A stretch of DNA of 63,968 nucleotides, the filler included, from Malassezia furfur (Eukaryota), in assembly GCA_052055015.1 (NCBI GenBank). It is 6 parts of 6 records of this genome, joined end to end, with 100 filler letters (N's around TTAATTAATTAA, not from the genome) between each part and the next. Parts side by side here need not be neighbours in the genome. Positions count along the whole stretch, not along the records: positions 33,753 to 44,877 come from JBQJIT010000371.1; positions 44,978 to 56,049 come from JBQJIT010000372.1; 4 more parts are not named here. The stretch is one strand, 5' to 3'. The notes below the pieces were generated by a model. The model saw only the letters and a program-made list of their open reading frames with translations. It had not been told where the DNA came from and ran no database searches. Below are positions 33,753 to 45,471 of this stretch, piece by piece (within the stretch, counting starts at the first letter, position 1; every line of letters begins with the position of its first letter). The translations under genes and the position numbers were made by a program.

Positions 33753-36171
33753 CCGGCGGCGCGCCCGGCGTGCCCGGCGCGGTGCAGCCGCGGCGCTTTG
33801 CGTTCCCCGCGCCGATCGCCGACGTGCTCCACTTCCGGCGGTCGCCGCACATTGTCGTCCGGCTGCAGGACGGGCAGGTGTTCCAGTCGTCGGACGACGG
33901 CGGGACGTGGCACGCACTGCACCTGCTCGTGGCGCACTTTGCCGAGAAGCGCGCGCTGGCGCTTGTGCCGCATGCGCACGACCGGCAGCGCGCGTACATC
34001 GTGTCGGACAGCCAGGCGGTGTTCTACACGCTGGACGGCGGCGTGCACTGGGCGTGGTTCACCGCGTCGCTGTCGCCCAACACGTTTGGGCTCGAGGTGC
34101 TCGACTTCCACCCGACGCGCCCCGACTACCTGCTCTGGACCGGGAGCCGGGACTGCGGCGCGGACGCGCGCGGTGCGGCGTGCCACGCCGAGGTGTCCTA
34201 CTCGCTCGACAACGGCGCGCACTGGAAGCGGGTCGAGACGTACGCGCGCAAGTGCGCCTGGCTGCTCGACACGCGCTTCCGCGCGGCGGACGCGCGCGCG
34301 ATCCTGTGTGAGCGCTACGGCGACAAGCGCGGCGCGCAGCCTGCGCAGCACACGGGCGAGCGCGCGCTGCAGCTCGTGCTCGGCAACGACCTGTACCGCA
34401 AGCAGCGCGTGCTGTTCGAGAATGTGCTGGGCTTCTCGGTGTTTGAAGAGTACCTGCTCGTCGCCGAGGTGGTCGGCGCGCCGGCGATGCTGCAGATGCA
34501 CGTCTCGCTCGACGCCGAGCGCTTCGCGGCGGTGCAGCTCCCGCCGCAGCTCGAGCTCGCGCACCACGCCTTTACCGTGCTGGACTCGGTGACCCGCGCC
34601 GTGTTCCTGCACGTCTCGACGCAGACCGTGCAGCGGCGCGAGTGGGGCGACCTGGTGAAGAGCAACTCGAACGGCACCTACTACGCGCTCTCGCTCCAGC
34701 GCGTAAACCGCGACGCACACGGCTACGTCGACTTTGAAAAGATGCAGGGCATCGACGGCATCGCGCTCGCCAACGTCGTCGCGAACCCCGACGAGGCCGC
34801 CGTGTCCGGCGCAAAGGCGCTCCAGACGCGCATCACGCACAACGACGGCGGGCGCTGGGCGGAGCTCGTGCCGCCCGCGCGCGACGCGCTCGGCGCGCCG
34901 TACGCGTGCGACGCCGTGGGGTGCAGCCTGCACCTCCACAACGTGCTGGAGCGCCCCGACGTGCGGATGACCACGAGCACGCCCGCGGCCGCGGGCTTCA
35001 TGCTCGGCGTCGGCAACGTCGGGCGCGCGCTCGCGCCGTACCGCGACAGCGACACGTTCCTGACGCGCGACGCGGGCTTCACCTGGGAGGAGGTCCACAA
35101 GGACGCGCACCGGTGGGCGTTTGGCGACCACGGCGCGCTGCTCCTGCTCGTCGACGACGAGCGGCCCACGGACGAGGTGCTCTACTCGCTCGACCAGGGG
35201 CGCAAGTGGACCGCGATCAAGCTCGGCGAGCGCATGCGTGTGCTCACCATCGACGCCGTGCCGGAGGAGAGCAAGCGCCGCTTCGTGCTGTTCGGCCACA
35301 CGACGCACGCCCAGCCGCGCGCGCTCAGCGTGTTCCTCGACTTCGCCGCGGTGCTCCCGCGCCAGTGCGTGTTTGACACCAACGCGGAAAAGAGCGACTT
35401 TGAGCGCTGGAGCCCGAGCGAGCAGCGCGAAGAGACGTGCCTGTTCGGCGCGCGCCGCTGGTACTGGCGCCGCAAGCGCGAGCGCACGTGCTTTGTCGGC
35501 GACGACGTCCCGGAGCTCCCGGTGACGTACGAGACGTGCGCGTGCACGGACGCCGACTTTGAATGGTACGCCACCCTGCCCACTCACCCAGCGCCTTCAA
35601 CCACTACCGCGACCCGACGACGCACGCGTGTGTGCCGTACGCCAACACGGCGCGTCTCCCCGCGGACGTCGACGCGCAGTGCGCGCGCGACGCGCCCGAC
35701 TACGACGGCTACTGGTACGAGGCGACGAACGTGCGCAAGGTGCCGCTGTCGCGGTGCCGCGGCGGCGCACGCCCGGACCGCGGCGCACAGCACCGGTGCC
35801 CCCACACGCCCATCCGCCACGGCGCGGGGTGGTGGATCGGCATCGTGCTGCTCGCGGGCGTGCTCGGCACCGCGTGTGCCTACTGGTACACGCGGGGCGG
35901 TGACGTGCCCACGCTCGGCGCGCTGCGCCTCGACGAAAACGCGGCATACCGCGACGCGCGCGAGCAGCTCGGCCTGCTGCGGCACTTTGTGCTCGGCCTC
36001 GCGAGCCTCGCGTGGACGCGCATCCTCGAGGCCACCGAGTGGATCCCGGCAGTGCGCAGCTGGCGCTCGCAGCGCGCCGAGCGCCCCTTCTCGAGCTACC
36101 ACATGCTCTCCACCGACGAGGACGCCGAGATGCTGCACGACTACGACTCGGACGAGCTGCCGCCCCCATAG
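33753..36171 (+). CDS. VPS10: Vps10/Pep1 vacuolar sorting receptor (5' truncated)
   Basis: BNR/Asp-box repeats (SSDDGGTW, SLDNGAHW, TRDAGFTW); KSNSNGTYY, VDFEKMQGIDG; 10CC region CACTDADFE|C across intron 35566-35591; TM and acidic tail. Confidence 0.95.
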
Positions 36172-36259
36172 CGATCACGTGCCTGACCACGCCCACGACG
36201 ACTCGACGCGACGGGGCGCGTCGTACACCAAACCCGCCCGCCTCCTCTGCGCTTTGCGT

Positions 36260-38253
36260 ATGCCGGCCCCGTGGCCCGCGCGTCCACGGCGCGCCACGGC
36301 CGCCGTGCTAGCCGCATGCGCGCTCGGCACCATAGCGCACGCGCGCCCCCTGATCGAGGCGCCCGCGGCGGCGGCGTCGCTCGTGCCGAGCCGCAGCGCG
36401 GACGCGTCCAGCGTGCCGACGGCGCACTCGTCGTCGCTCGCGCTGTGCTATGACCTGCAGGCGCTGCGCTCGCTCGAGGGGCACACGCCCACGGGCCCCA
36501 ACGCGCTCGTCGACTACGACGGCGTTCTTCACGACTACTACGTGTACATCAGCACATCGATCGCGCTCGCCTTCATCATCATCTTCATCATGATCGTCGC
36601 CGTGTGCCTCCGCGACCACCACGCAGGGAAAAAGAAGCCCGAGGACGACGAGATACCCCTCGCGCACCTCTCGGCTACCTCGCCCGAGCTGCGTAGCAGC
36701 ACGTCGCGCGGCGGAGNNNNNNNNNNCGGGCCCACACCCCGCGGCACCGGTTCCTCCGTGTGCCGCGCCGCATCCCGCTTGCTCTGCGCAAGCGGCGTAC
36801 CACCCACATGCCGGCCGGCAGCCGCTCGTCGTCGAGCGGCGGCGCATCACAGCGTGCTGCGGCTGCCCCGTCGGCACCGCCGTCGTCAGCGCCGTCGCCC
36901 GACGTGACGACACCGACACACGCACCCGCCGCACCCCTCGATACCACGCTTGCTGAACTGGGGCCGCGCTCCGGGACGTCACTCGCTCCGACGCCGCCGC
37001 CCGCCGCCGTGCCGTCGCTCCACCTTCCCCCGCCGGCGCCTGCTGCGCCCGCACCGGCGCACACACCTCGCGACCCGCTCCGTGCGCCGCTCGACCAGAG
37101 CGACGTCGAGGCCGTAAACGCGCTCCCGATCGAGCCCGCGCAGCCCCCGGCGTACATTGCGCCGCCGCCGGACGCGCAGCCAGGCTCGTCGCCCCGCGAC
37201 GACCGCGGCAAGGGCCCTGCCCCGCCGCTCGAAGAGGCCGGCGGCACAGACGAACTGTTTGCGCACCTCGCGACCGACGACAAGGCGGTGCTCACCGCGC
37301 TGCACTCGGCCGCCAGTGCGCCGGCGCCGGCACTCGACACCGACCCCCTACGGCGCGCGCCGCTCGCGCCACCACCGCGCTGGGGCGCCGCGCCCAGTGC
37401 GCCGCCGATCGATGTAGACGACGCCGCGCACCCCGACACCGCACCGCCCATGCCGCTCGGTAAGGGCAAGGCGCGGCACGTGTCGGGCAGTCTGCAACTG
37501 CCGCCCACGCGCCGCACCCCGCAGTTTGCGCGGTTCGATGCGCCGACGTACGAAGCGCCGGCGCCGGCGCCGCACGCTTCGGCCAAGGAGGCCGAGGCTG
37601 AGGCGGAGCGTGCACATCTCGCGGCGCTGCTGCCCTCGGCGCCGACCGAGTGGGGATGGGCCGACGACGTACTTCCTACATACGGCACGGCGCCTTCCGC
37701 ACCGCCGCCCCACGCGGACGAGGGCGCGACACAGTCGGTGCTGGGCACAGAGGATGACGCGCTATGGGGGACCAGAAGGCCCAGCGCGCCAGCAGACGAA
37801 GCGGGACCATCGGAGATGTCGGCGCCGCAGCCGTCGGCGCCCGTGTTGTTCGTGCCTGAGCCGTCGGTGCCTGAGCCTATGGCGCGTGAGCCTGAACCGT
37901 CGGCACCACCGCTGGTCGAGCCCGAACCGTCGGCACCGCCGCTGGCCGAGCCTGGGCTGTCGGCGCCTGCATCCATCCTTGGACCCGTGGTGCCAGAAAT
38001 TGGTTCCGAGCCATCCGCGCCCGAGCTGCTGGAACCTGCACCATCGGCCCCTGCGCTGTCCGGGTCGGAGCCATCCGCCCCCGAGTCCGGGCCGTCAGCC
38101 CCCGCGTCTGGGCCATCGGGCCCCGCGTCTGGGCCATCGGCCTCCCCGCTCTCCGAGCCGGTGACGTCGGCTGCTTCCGACCCTTTGCCATCGACATCCT
38201 CGGCGATCTTGTCACCCTCTACGATCCCGTCACCCTCGGCTCCGTCATTCTGA
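36260..38253 (+). CDS. Unknown single-pass membrane protein with Pro-rich PSAP-repeat tail (frame bridged across the 10-N gap 36717-36726)
   Basis: Signal-like N-terminus, TM ISTSIALAFIIIFIMIVAVCL; after the gap a 497-aa ORF with ~13 PSAP, PPAY and LPTY. Joining the two halves is inferred. Confidence 0.65.
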
Positions 38254-38339
38254 CACAACGCACGCGTGTGGCTGCGACCCTACCGCAGCCCCGCGCCACG
38301 GGCGCTTGTCGCCTCCTTGTACATTACTAGGATACCCCC

Positions 38340-38867
38340 TCAACCTGTAATAGCTAGTCTGTATACTACAAGACGTCCAAACCCGTCTGTGCTTCCCTCG
38401 AGCCGCAGCGCGAGATGCGTGCACGCCGCATCCACCGCGTAGGCGGCCACCTGCAGCTGCTGTGCCACATGCTCGGGTTTGAGCGGAAATGTCTGGGCCA
38501 TGTTCCCATCGGCCGGGTACACCGTCTCGAGCTCGACCCACGCGACGTCTTTCGGGTTCGCGGCGCTTGCAAATCCAGCGAGGAGCACGACACGGATCGG
38601 TGCAAACCCGCCCGCAAACGTGCAGTGCACCACCTGCAGCGACGAGACGGCACACGGCGCATCGAGCGTCGCTGTCAACGTGACCTGTGCCGAGGTGCTG
38701 GGCGATCCCTGCGTCAGCACGGCACGTACAAGCTCCACGGTCCAGCACGTCTCACTGTCCTCGCTCAATGCATAACGTGCTTCCTTGGACGAGCCAATTG
38801 ATGCGCTGGGTCAGGCACCCACGTACCGCACACGCGTTGCGCGCTCCAGCACCGAACCAGAAGACAT
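38340..38867 (-). CDS. NR2C2AP: NR2C2AP-like galactose-binding-fold protein
   Basis: 21-nt introns 38806-38826 and 38709-38729; SETCW, FAGGF, VYPADGN, EGSTDGFGRLVVYRL. Confidence 0.75.
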
Positions 38868-38934
38868 GCACGAAGCCAAGTGGAGGGCGTGCCAAGTTTT
38901 TTGGTCCACTTTCCGGAAACGCCGCCTCGACGCG

Positions 38935-40094
38935 ATGCCAGACGACGCGCCGTGGACGCTGGCGCCGCACCAGCTCCTCAGCGCGTTCCCCGAGGTGAAC
39001 GTGTGTGCGCCGATGGTGCGCTACTCCAAACTACCCTTCCGTGCGCTCACGGCACGCTACGATACCCATATCACGACCACGCCCATGATCCTCGCCGCGG
39101 AATTCAGCCGCAGCCAGCATGCGCGCGACGCGGATTTTAGTACCCATGGCGAGGAGCGCGGCACTTTTACTCTCACACCCGACTATGGCACCGGCACTGT
39201 CGCGCCCAAGGAACGGTCGGTACAAGTGCGTGGCGCATTGGTGTGCCAACTGGCCGCAAGCCGCAGTGGGCCGCTGGCCGACGCGTCCGAGCTGATCAGC
39301 CCGTTCGTGGACGGCGTCGATATCAACTGCGGGTGCCCACAGCCATGGGCGTACCAGGAGCAAATCGGGTCGTACTTGCTCCGCCAGCCCGAGACCGTTC
39401 GGGACATGGTCCGTGCCATAAAGAGCCGTCTGGGCGACGGCTACTGCGTCAGCGTCAAAATCCGCGTCGACAGCGACCTGCGGAATACCGATACCCTGGT
39501 GCGCAATGCACTGCATGCGGGCGCATCGCTCCTCTCCATCCACGGGCGCACCCGTACACAGCCCTCGGCGTCGCACCCTGTCGACCTCGACAAGATCCGC
39601 TTCGCCGTCGATGCAGCACAAGCATGCGGATTGCACACGGCATGGGGCACGGCGCAGGGTGACGCGTGGGTCGTTGCCGATGGCGGCGCGGGCGGAAGTG
39701 TGCCGACGGTTGTCAACGGCGACATTTGGACGCGTGACGATGCGCTGGCGTGGCGCGCCAGGACAGGCGCGCGCGGCGCCATGAGTGCGCGCGGCCTGCT
39801 CGCGAATCCGGTACGTGGACTGCTTATTCAGGCGCTTTTTTCGGGCTATGCCAAGACGCCGCCTGAGGCCGTCGACGCGTTCGTTGAGCGTGCGATTGCG
39901 TGGGGGCTTCCCTTTTCGCTGATGCAGTACGTCGCTTGCTCATTCGCAGCCGCCATTTGGCCTACATGCTTGAAGACTCGATCACGACACGTGCCGAGTC
40001 GATCTACTTCAACTCGCTCGCGAGCCCCGCGAGTGTCCTGGACTGGCTCGAGGAAGGGGGGTATGTGTCGCAGGACAAGGCGCGGGTGGTTTAG
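38935..40094 (+). CDS. DUS4: tRNA-dihydrouridine(20a/20b) synthase
   Basis: [46 protein letters not shown]; introns 39811-39831 and 39927-39949. Confidence 0.92.
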
Positions 40095-40741
40095 GACTCG
40101 AGCGGCACAAACGCGCTGCCGACCTCGGGCACGGCGGCAGTGCTCACCGACGGCGTTGGCGTCGTCTCGACCGTCTCGTTCACCTCGGATGCCGGCATGG
40201 GGGCGTCCGGCGCCTCTTCCGGCGGCTTGATGGCCGGCTGGCTGGGATCGCTCCAGTTGATGTTGAAGCGCGTCACGCGTGGCTTGCTGGCTAGTACCTC
40301 GCGGCACACCTTGTCAAGCTGCACCTCTTCGGGCGGGTTCTCGCGCATCTCTTCCGATTCGTACGCATTGTTCACATAGTACCCCACGCGAATGAACTCG
40401 GCGTCGCGGTACGACGCGGTGAGCAGAATCACCGTCACGCCCAGCAAGTCGCTGGCCGGGATCTTTTCCGGCGACGGCGCCTCGGCTTCAAATTCGAACG
40501 AGTTCACGCCCACGGGGACCGGCCCGACCATGCAGCTGTCGAGTTCCTGGTCGTACTCTTCGGACTCGGCGGAGCCCACGTAGATCAGCTTCCACTCGAT
40601 GTCTGCGTGTTAGCTAGGGCGTCGTGACCTACCATCTTCGAGCGGCTGGATGCACTCAAACGTGACCTTGAAGATGTACGGGTCCGAGAAGCGCGCCTTG
40701 CTGTTGATGATTTCCACGTTCTGCAGATGCACAATCGACAT
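40091..40741 (-). CDS. ASF1: Histone chaperone Asf1
   Basis: [47 protein letters not shown]; 30-nt intron 40603-40632. Confidence 0.97.
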
Positions 40742-40823
40742 AGTGGACCGCGTCGAAGCGCGGCGCACCGCGGCGCGTCGCGTTGCGTGGAGGCCACGTG
40801 GGTGCAGTCTTCCCCTCGCGGCC

Positions 40824-41212
40824 ATGGTGTGTGCCAAGTGCGAGAAGACGCTGTCCAAGACGGCCGTTGCAGACCCCTACGTACGTGTATGACTCACACA
40901 GCGCAACCGGAATACGGCCGGCTTCCTTGTATCGTCCGGCTCGGGCGCGCGGCCCGGCGCGTTGCGCGGTGGCCCGGCGCCACCAGGCGGCGCGCGCAAA
41001 GTGGGCGAGAACAAGCTGCTCTCCAAGTCGAATCGGTTCTCGCCCCTAGATGCCAAGTGCAAACTGTGCAAGCAGCGTGTAACGCAGGAGCGTGCGTCCT
41101 ATTGCCAAGGTACGTGTTGGACCCTGACCCAGCGTGTGCCTACAAGAAGGGGCTGTGTGCCATCTGTGGCAAGCAGATCCTTGATACCTCGCGGTACAAG
41201 CAGTCCAACTAG
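40824..41212 (+). CDS. CRIPT: CRIPT cysteine-rich protein
   Basis: MVCAKCEK, RKVGENKLLS, YCQ|ACAYKKGLCAICGK; introns 40881-40901 (21 nt) and 41110-41132 (23 nt). Confidence 0.93.
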
Positions 41213-41442
41213 CCCCTAGATACCCACTGTTCTGTCGTTGGTTTGACGACGCATCCCAAGCCGCCGCCTGGCTGAGTGGTCGTGAGCCCCCTGCACGATC
41301 GCTGCCTCCACGTCCAAGACGCGCGCAGCGCAGCCGAATGCGGGGCCCACGTGGCCCTAAAAGGCACATCAGGTCATTCTGGCACGCGTCGTGCGGCCTC
41401 CTTCCTAACCCCTTCGTGTACGTACGTAGGAGTGGGGTGCGT

Positions 41443-41521
41443 GTTCTGTGATGAAAAGAGAAACTCTTGATTCATCGTGAGAGTCTTGCCGTTACGGCAA
41501 CCCATTCAAGTCCCTGAGAAC
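41443..41521 (+). ncRNA. Candidate intronic box C/D snoRNA in the ERG6 5'UTR intron
   Basis: Box C GTGATGA 41448-54, box D CTGA 41514-17, closing GTTC/GAAC stem extended by GGAGTGGGGTGCG/CGCACCCGCTCC; host intron GTACGT (41418 or 41422) to CTAACGCCAG (41560). Confidence 0.75.
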
Positions 41522-41561
41522 CGCACCCGCTCCCACGCTGTTGGAACTTGCTAACGCCAGT

Positions 41562-42602
41562 ATGTCTCTTACCACCACTTCGGAGCTGCGCAACAAGAAC
41601 GGCATTGCCGACTACACCAAGTTCTGGCAGGCCGATTCGCGCAAAGACTCCGAGACCGACCAGGCGAACCGTCTGGACCAGTACACCTCCGTCGTGAACG
41701 GCTACTACGATGGTGCGACCGACCTGTACGAGTACGGATGGGGCAAGAACTTCCACTTTGCGCGCTACTACCCCGGTGAGCCGTTCTACCAGGCGCTTGC
41801 GCGCCACGAGCACTACCTCGCGCTCAACATGCAGCTGCGCCCCGGCATGCGTGTGCTCGACGTCGGCTGTGGTGTCGGTGGCCCTGCGCGTGAGATTGCG
41901 CGCTTTGCGGGCGTGAATGTGATTGGTGTGAACAACAACGCGTACCAGGTGGAGCGCGCGCGCCGGTATACGGCCAAGGCGGGCCTCGAGGGCCAGGTCG
42001 AGTTTGTCAAGGGCGACTTTATGCACCTTGTCGACCAGTTTGGTCCGAACAGCTTCGACGCCGTGTACGCGATCGAGGCGACCTGCCACGCGCCGTCGTG
42101 GGAGGGTGTGTACAAGGAGATCTTCCAGGTGCTCAAGCCTGGCGGTGTGTTTGGCCTGTACGAGTGGTGCATGACCGACGAGTACGACGGCAGCAACCCC
42201 GAGCACCGCCGCATTGCGCACGGCATTGAGCTGGGCGATGGTATCCCCGAGATGCGCACGATCAAGCAGGCGCGCGACGCGCTCAAGACGGTCGGGTTCA
42301 AGATCGATGTCGACGAGGACCTGGCAGACAAGGGCGACAAGATCCCGTGGTACTACCCGCTGGAGGGTGACATCCGCAAGGTGCAGACGCCGTGGGACCT
42401 GGTGACGTGCTGGCGCATGACGTGGCTCGGCAAGTTCACAACGCAGTCGGCGATCCGTGTGCTTGAGTTTGCCGGCCTGGTGCCCAAGGGCACGTACGAC
42501 GTGGGCGAGTCGCTCAAGGTTGCGGCCGACGCGCTGGTGGCCGGTGGCCAGACGAAGCTATTCACGCCGATGATGTTCTTTGTGTCGCGCAAGCCGCAGT
42601 AG
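41562..42602 (+). CDS. ERG6: Sterol 24-C-methyltransferase
   Basis: YEYGWGKNFHF, LDVGCGVGGP, AIEATCHAP, YEWCMTD, IELGDGIP. Confidence 0.98.
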   Translation: MSLTTTSELRNKNGIADYTKFWQADSRKDSETDQANRLDQYTSVVNGYYDGATDLYEYGWGKNFHFARYYPGEPFYQALARHEHYLALNMQLRPGMRVLDVGCGVGGPAREIARFAGVNVIGVNNNAYQVERARRYTAKAGLEGQVEFVKGDFMHLVDQFGPNSFDAVYAIEATCHAPSWEGVYKEIFQVLKPGGVFGLYEWCMTDEYDGSNPEHRRIAHGIELGDGIPEMRTIKQARDALKTVGFKIDVDEDLADKGDKIPWYYPLEGDIRKVQTPWDLVTCWRMTWLGKFTTQSAIRVLEFAGLVPKGTYDVGESLKVAADALVAGGQTKLFTPMMFFVSRKPQ

Positions 42603-42702
42603 ATACAGCCGTAATTGGGAGCATAGAGCGAGATGTATGCAGGATTGGGTATCGGAAAACGAGGGCGCGGCGCCGTGCCGCGCCGTGCCGCGCTGCGGAC
42701 TA

Positions 42703-43042
42703 CTACAGGTGTTTGGTGATGGGGATGGGTTCGGCGTGGAGCGAGCTCCAGTCGATTTTGCGGTCGCGCTCCACGTCGACGTCGCCAACGAGCGAGCTGT
42801 GTGAGTCGGCAATGGGGACGTACATGCTGTCGCCGCGCAGCACGTACACGCCCAGCGGCACTTCCTCGACGCCGGCGTCGCTGCTAAAGATGCGCTCGAT
42901 GCAGTGCGAGAGCACGAGCGATCCAAGCGCATCGTAACCACGCAGCGTCCCCAGCAGGACACGCCCGTCCTGCGTCACGAGCAAGACGCGCTCTGCGTGA
43001 GCGCGTATACGTACGCTCCATGTATCCCTGCAGCGAGGACAT
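42703..43042 (-). CDS. LSM8: Lsm8 U6 snRNP protein
   Basis: MSSLQGYME|QRVLLVTQDGR...GVEEVPLGVYVLRGDSI|SLVGDVD; introns 42993-43014 and 42797-42823. Confidence 0.93.
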
Positions 43043-43143
43043 CGCGGCCGTCCACACGCGTTGCGCGACGGTCGCCCGGTGTCGTCACGTGCGGCCGACA
43101 TCGGGTCCGTGGGTGCGCGCGCGCCGGTTTTGTCCTGGCGAAC

Positions 43144-44877
43144 ATGCGTACCCTTATGGCGAGTTCGGTGCGGCGCGCGACGCTGGCGCGCGCCTCGGTC
43201 GGCGGCATGCGGTACGCGATCTCGAGCGAGGGCCGGCTCGGTGTGCTTCCCGGGCAGGCGCGGTGGTCGTCGAGCCAGCGCAAGGCGGCGAATCCGTTCG
43301 CCCGGTTCTTTTATGCGCAGCTGGTCACCATCACGGCGCTGTTGGGCGGCGCGGCGTTTGGCGTGTACTGCATGGACTCGCGTGCGGCCGTGCACCGCTA
43401 TGTGTTTGCGCCGCTGATGCAGCTGTTTGTGGACCCCGAGACGGCGAGCAAGATCGGCATCAAGGTGCTCCAGCACGGCTTCGGCCCGCGCGACTGCGGC
43501 GTGGACGACGAGGTGCTGCGCACCGAGCTGTTTGGCAAGTCGCTCACGAACCCGATCGGCATGGCCGCCGGCTTCGACAAGCAGGCGCAGGCGATCGACG
43601 GCCTGTTTGACCTCGGCTTCGGCATGGTCGAGGTCGGCAGCGTGACGCCCGAGCCGCAGCCCGGCAACGCGCAGCCGCGTGCGTTCCGTCTGCCGCTGGA
43701 CGGAGCGCTGATCAACCGCTTTGGCTTCAACTCGGACGGGATGAAGGTGGTGCGCGAGCGCCTCCAGGCGCGCCTCGAGCACTGGGTGATGCACGTGCTG
43801 GCGGCCGGCCGGGCGCTCGTGTGCGACATTGGCACGGAAAACATGAACCAGGACCCGACGCAGCTGGCGCGTGCGCGCCTGTTCCCGACGTACCCCGAGG
43901 CGGATGTGCGTCTGCTGGACGAGTTTGGCGTGCCGCGCAGTCTGAAGGAGGACCGCGTGCTGGCGATCAACCTGGGCAAGAACAAGACGAGCCGCGAGGA
44001 GTCGGTGTCGGACTACGTCGAGGGCGTCAAGCAGCTCGGCCCCTTTGCGGATGTGGTGGTGGTGAACGTGAGCTCGCCGAACACGCCCGGCCTGCGCCGC
44101 CTGCAGCGCCGCAGCGTGCTCGAGGGCCTGCTGCGTGACGTGGTGCGTGCGCGCGACGGGGTCGTGGGCGCGTACGACGGGCACGCGAAGCTGCCGCTGC
44201 TCGTCAAGGTCTCGCCGGACCTCACCGACGCCGAGCTGCACGACATCTCGGACGCCGCGGAGAACACGGGGATCGACGGCATCATCGTGAGCAACACCAC
44301 CGTCACGCGCCCGCCCGGCCTGCTCTCGCACGAACACGTGCACGAGACGGGCGGGCTGAGCGGCCCGCCGGTCAAGCCGCTTGCGCTGCACGCGCTCTCG
44401 GTGATCTACGCGCGCAACCGCGGCAAGATCCCGCTGATCGGGTGTGGAGGTATCGCGAGCGGCGCCGACGCGCTCGAGTTTGCCAAGGCGGGCGCGAGCG
44501 CCGTGCAGCTGTACACGGCGCTGGGCTACCAGGGCTTTGGCCTGCCGCGGCGGATCAAGGACGAGCTGACGGCGCTGCTCAAGGAGGAGGGCACGACGTG
44601 GAAGCAGGTGGTGGGCAGCGGCGTGCGCTCGATTGAGCCGTACGCGCCCGACGCCGCGACGCAGGTCGGCCTGTTCCCCGGCGCGCAGGACGCGTTCGAC
44701 CGGAGCGTCGTGAGTCTGCGCAACGAGATCGAGCACATGCGCCAGTCGCTCGGCACGCCGTCGGTGCACGACACCGAGCAGCGCCGCGCGGTGCCGTTCC
44801 AGGTGGACCCGCGCGACCACCAGTACATTGAGCTGCTCGACAAGGTGCACCGCGTGCTGGACCACACGCCGCACTTT
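43144..44877 (+). CDS. URA9: Mitochondrial class-2 dihydroorotate dehydrogenase (3' end runs into the gap)
   Basis: Presequence plus TM; NPIGMAAGFDK, NRFGFNS, NVSSPNTPGLR, LVKVSPD, SNTT, GGLSG. Confidence 0.97.
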
Positions 44878-44977
44878 NNNNNNNNNNNNNNNNNNNNNNN
44901 NNNNNNNNNNNNNNNNNNNNNTTAATTAATTAANNNNNNNNNNNNNNNNNNNNNNNNNNNNNNNNNNNNNNNNNNNN

Positions 44978-45191
44978 CGTGCCCCGCTCGCTCGGCGGCG
45001 CAGCGGCAACTCGGACGACGGTGGCGACGACGCCGCGCCGCCGCGCCGTCCTTGGCCTCGTCGCCCTCGCGCTCGCGCTCGCGCTCGCCCTCGGCGTCCT
45101 CCTCGTCCGCACTCGCGCGGTACGGCGCGTTCTTGTTGCGCGGCAGGCGCGCAACCGAGGTCGTGTGCACGTGTGCCGCCGGCGACGTCAT
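44978..45191 (-). CDS. Possible N-terminal fragment of an unknown gene divergent from POL3
   Basis: ATG 45191 opens MTSPAAHVH...DEEDAEGERERE running into the gap; no motif recognised. Confidence 0.3.
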
Positions 45192-45471
45192 CGGCGCCGG
45201 CGACCACCACGGCGTACGCAGCGCACACACACCCGCGACGCGCGGCAGCGCCGCGCGCGCGGGGTGTGCGGCGCTACGTGCCGCATTCGCTCGCCAAACT
45301 CGCTGCAACGGATACCTTGGAAGCATTCCAAGACACGCTAGGTGGCAAACGTTCCTCCGCGTTCGACGTGGAGGGCTGATGCGATCCGCGGCTTCGCACC
45401 GACCCCGCCTCGATCACTCCGCCACGTGGATGTGGAGGAACGCGCCGACGCGACGCGCCGCGTCCCCCACG

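Noticed and set aside
42671..42693. CGCCGTGCCG x2 duplication between ERG6 and LSM8
   Set aside because: Short GC-rich slippage repeat with no further structure
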